Shown here piece by piece: positions 63,761 to 64,000 of a DNA stretch of 64,000 bases (the first letter of the stretch is position 1; every line of letters begins with the position of its first letter). Origin of the DNA: Candidatus Acetothermia bacterium (GTDB lineage Bacteria > Bipolaricaulota > Bipolaricaulia > RBG-16-55-9 > DRXL01); assembly GCA_022683945.1 (NCBI GenBank), contig JAJHSH010000067.1, positions 2,085 through 66,084 on the forward strand. Reading direction: 5' to 3'. A model generated the notes under the pieces. The model was given only the letters and a program-made list of their open reading frames with translations, was not told where the DNA came from and ran no database searches. The translations under genes and the position numbers were made by a program.

Positions 63761-64000
63761 TGAAGAATTTTCGGCGCGATCTCAATATCTTTCTGCGCAC
63801 CGTGCGCGGGCGCTCCTATCCCCGGTTGATCGGGATGCAGCGCGAGAAGAGCTGGATCTTCTTCGATACGTTCTTGCCGTTATTGGCGACGACGGCTTAT
63901 GTCTTTATCTATCGCGCGCTGAACGCGCCGCCGGAGTTCACCGGCTTTGTGGTGCTCGGCGGCGCGATGACCGCCTATTGGTTGAACGTGCTCTGGAGCA
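63760..64000 (+). CDS. ABC-2 type transporter permease (5' part; continues beyond the window)
   Basis: ATG at 63760 overlaps the ATPase stop (GTGATGA). Open frame to the window end; MKNFRRDLNIFLRTVRG... is typical of ABC-2 permeases. Confidence 0.55.
   Translation, partial: MKNFRRDLNIFLRTVRGRSYPRLIGMQREKSWIFFDTFLPLLATTAYVFIYRALNAPPEFTGFVVLGGAMTAYWLNVLWS

Overview
This is a high-GC (about 60%), gene-dense bacterial chromosomal window. Housekeeping genes present include frr, tsaD, mutY, recA/lexA, prfB, cmk, plsC, ispH, rpsA, plsY, an isocitrate/isopropylmalate dehydrogenase-family gene and a DEAD-box helicase. Together with bacterial-type tRNA-Gly/tRNA-Leu, these show the organism is a bacterium, probably diderm (there is an OMP-like protein ending in a C-terminal Phe). 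A complete 9-gene A/V-type (archaeal-type) ATP synthase operon occupies 13.8-22.7 kb. The left end carries a 2-hydroxyacyl-CoA-dehydratase/benzoyl-CoA-reductase-like module with two different activase ATPases plus ferredoxin/Fe-S/SDR genes. I see no transposases, integrases, CRISPR arrays or rRNAs. The accessory content is: (i) five type-II TA-like modules (DUF433/DUF5615, RelE/antitoxin, VapBC, RelE/Phd, orphan HicB), two of them next to gene remnants (panC', rsmI', SDR'); (ii) a 4-kb stress/detox islet with four DinB-family paralogs, DUF899, VOC and ankyrin genes; (iii) a secreted esterase gene bracketed by about 50-bp direct repeats; (iv) an archaeal/eukaryal-type Pus10 tRNA pseudouridine synthase homolog; (v) a duplicated about 80-bp consensus promoter plus palindromic operator module driving two unrelated genes; (vi) a family of GC-rich hairpin repeats that extend ORF calls (rsmI N-terminus, IDH C-terminus). 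prfB shows the classical programmed +1 frameshift site CTT TGA C. No single blockbuster system stands out; the most promising leads are the Pus10 homolog, the duplicated promoter/operator module with its Cys-rich unknown protein, the DinB thiol-detox islet, and the BCR-like two-activase cluster.
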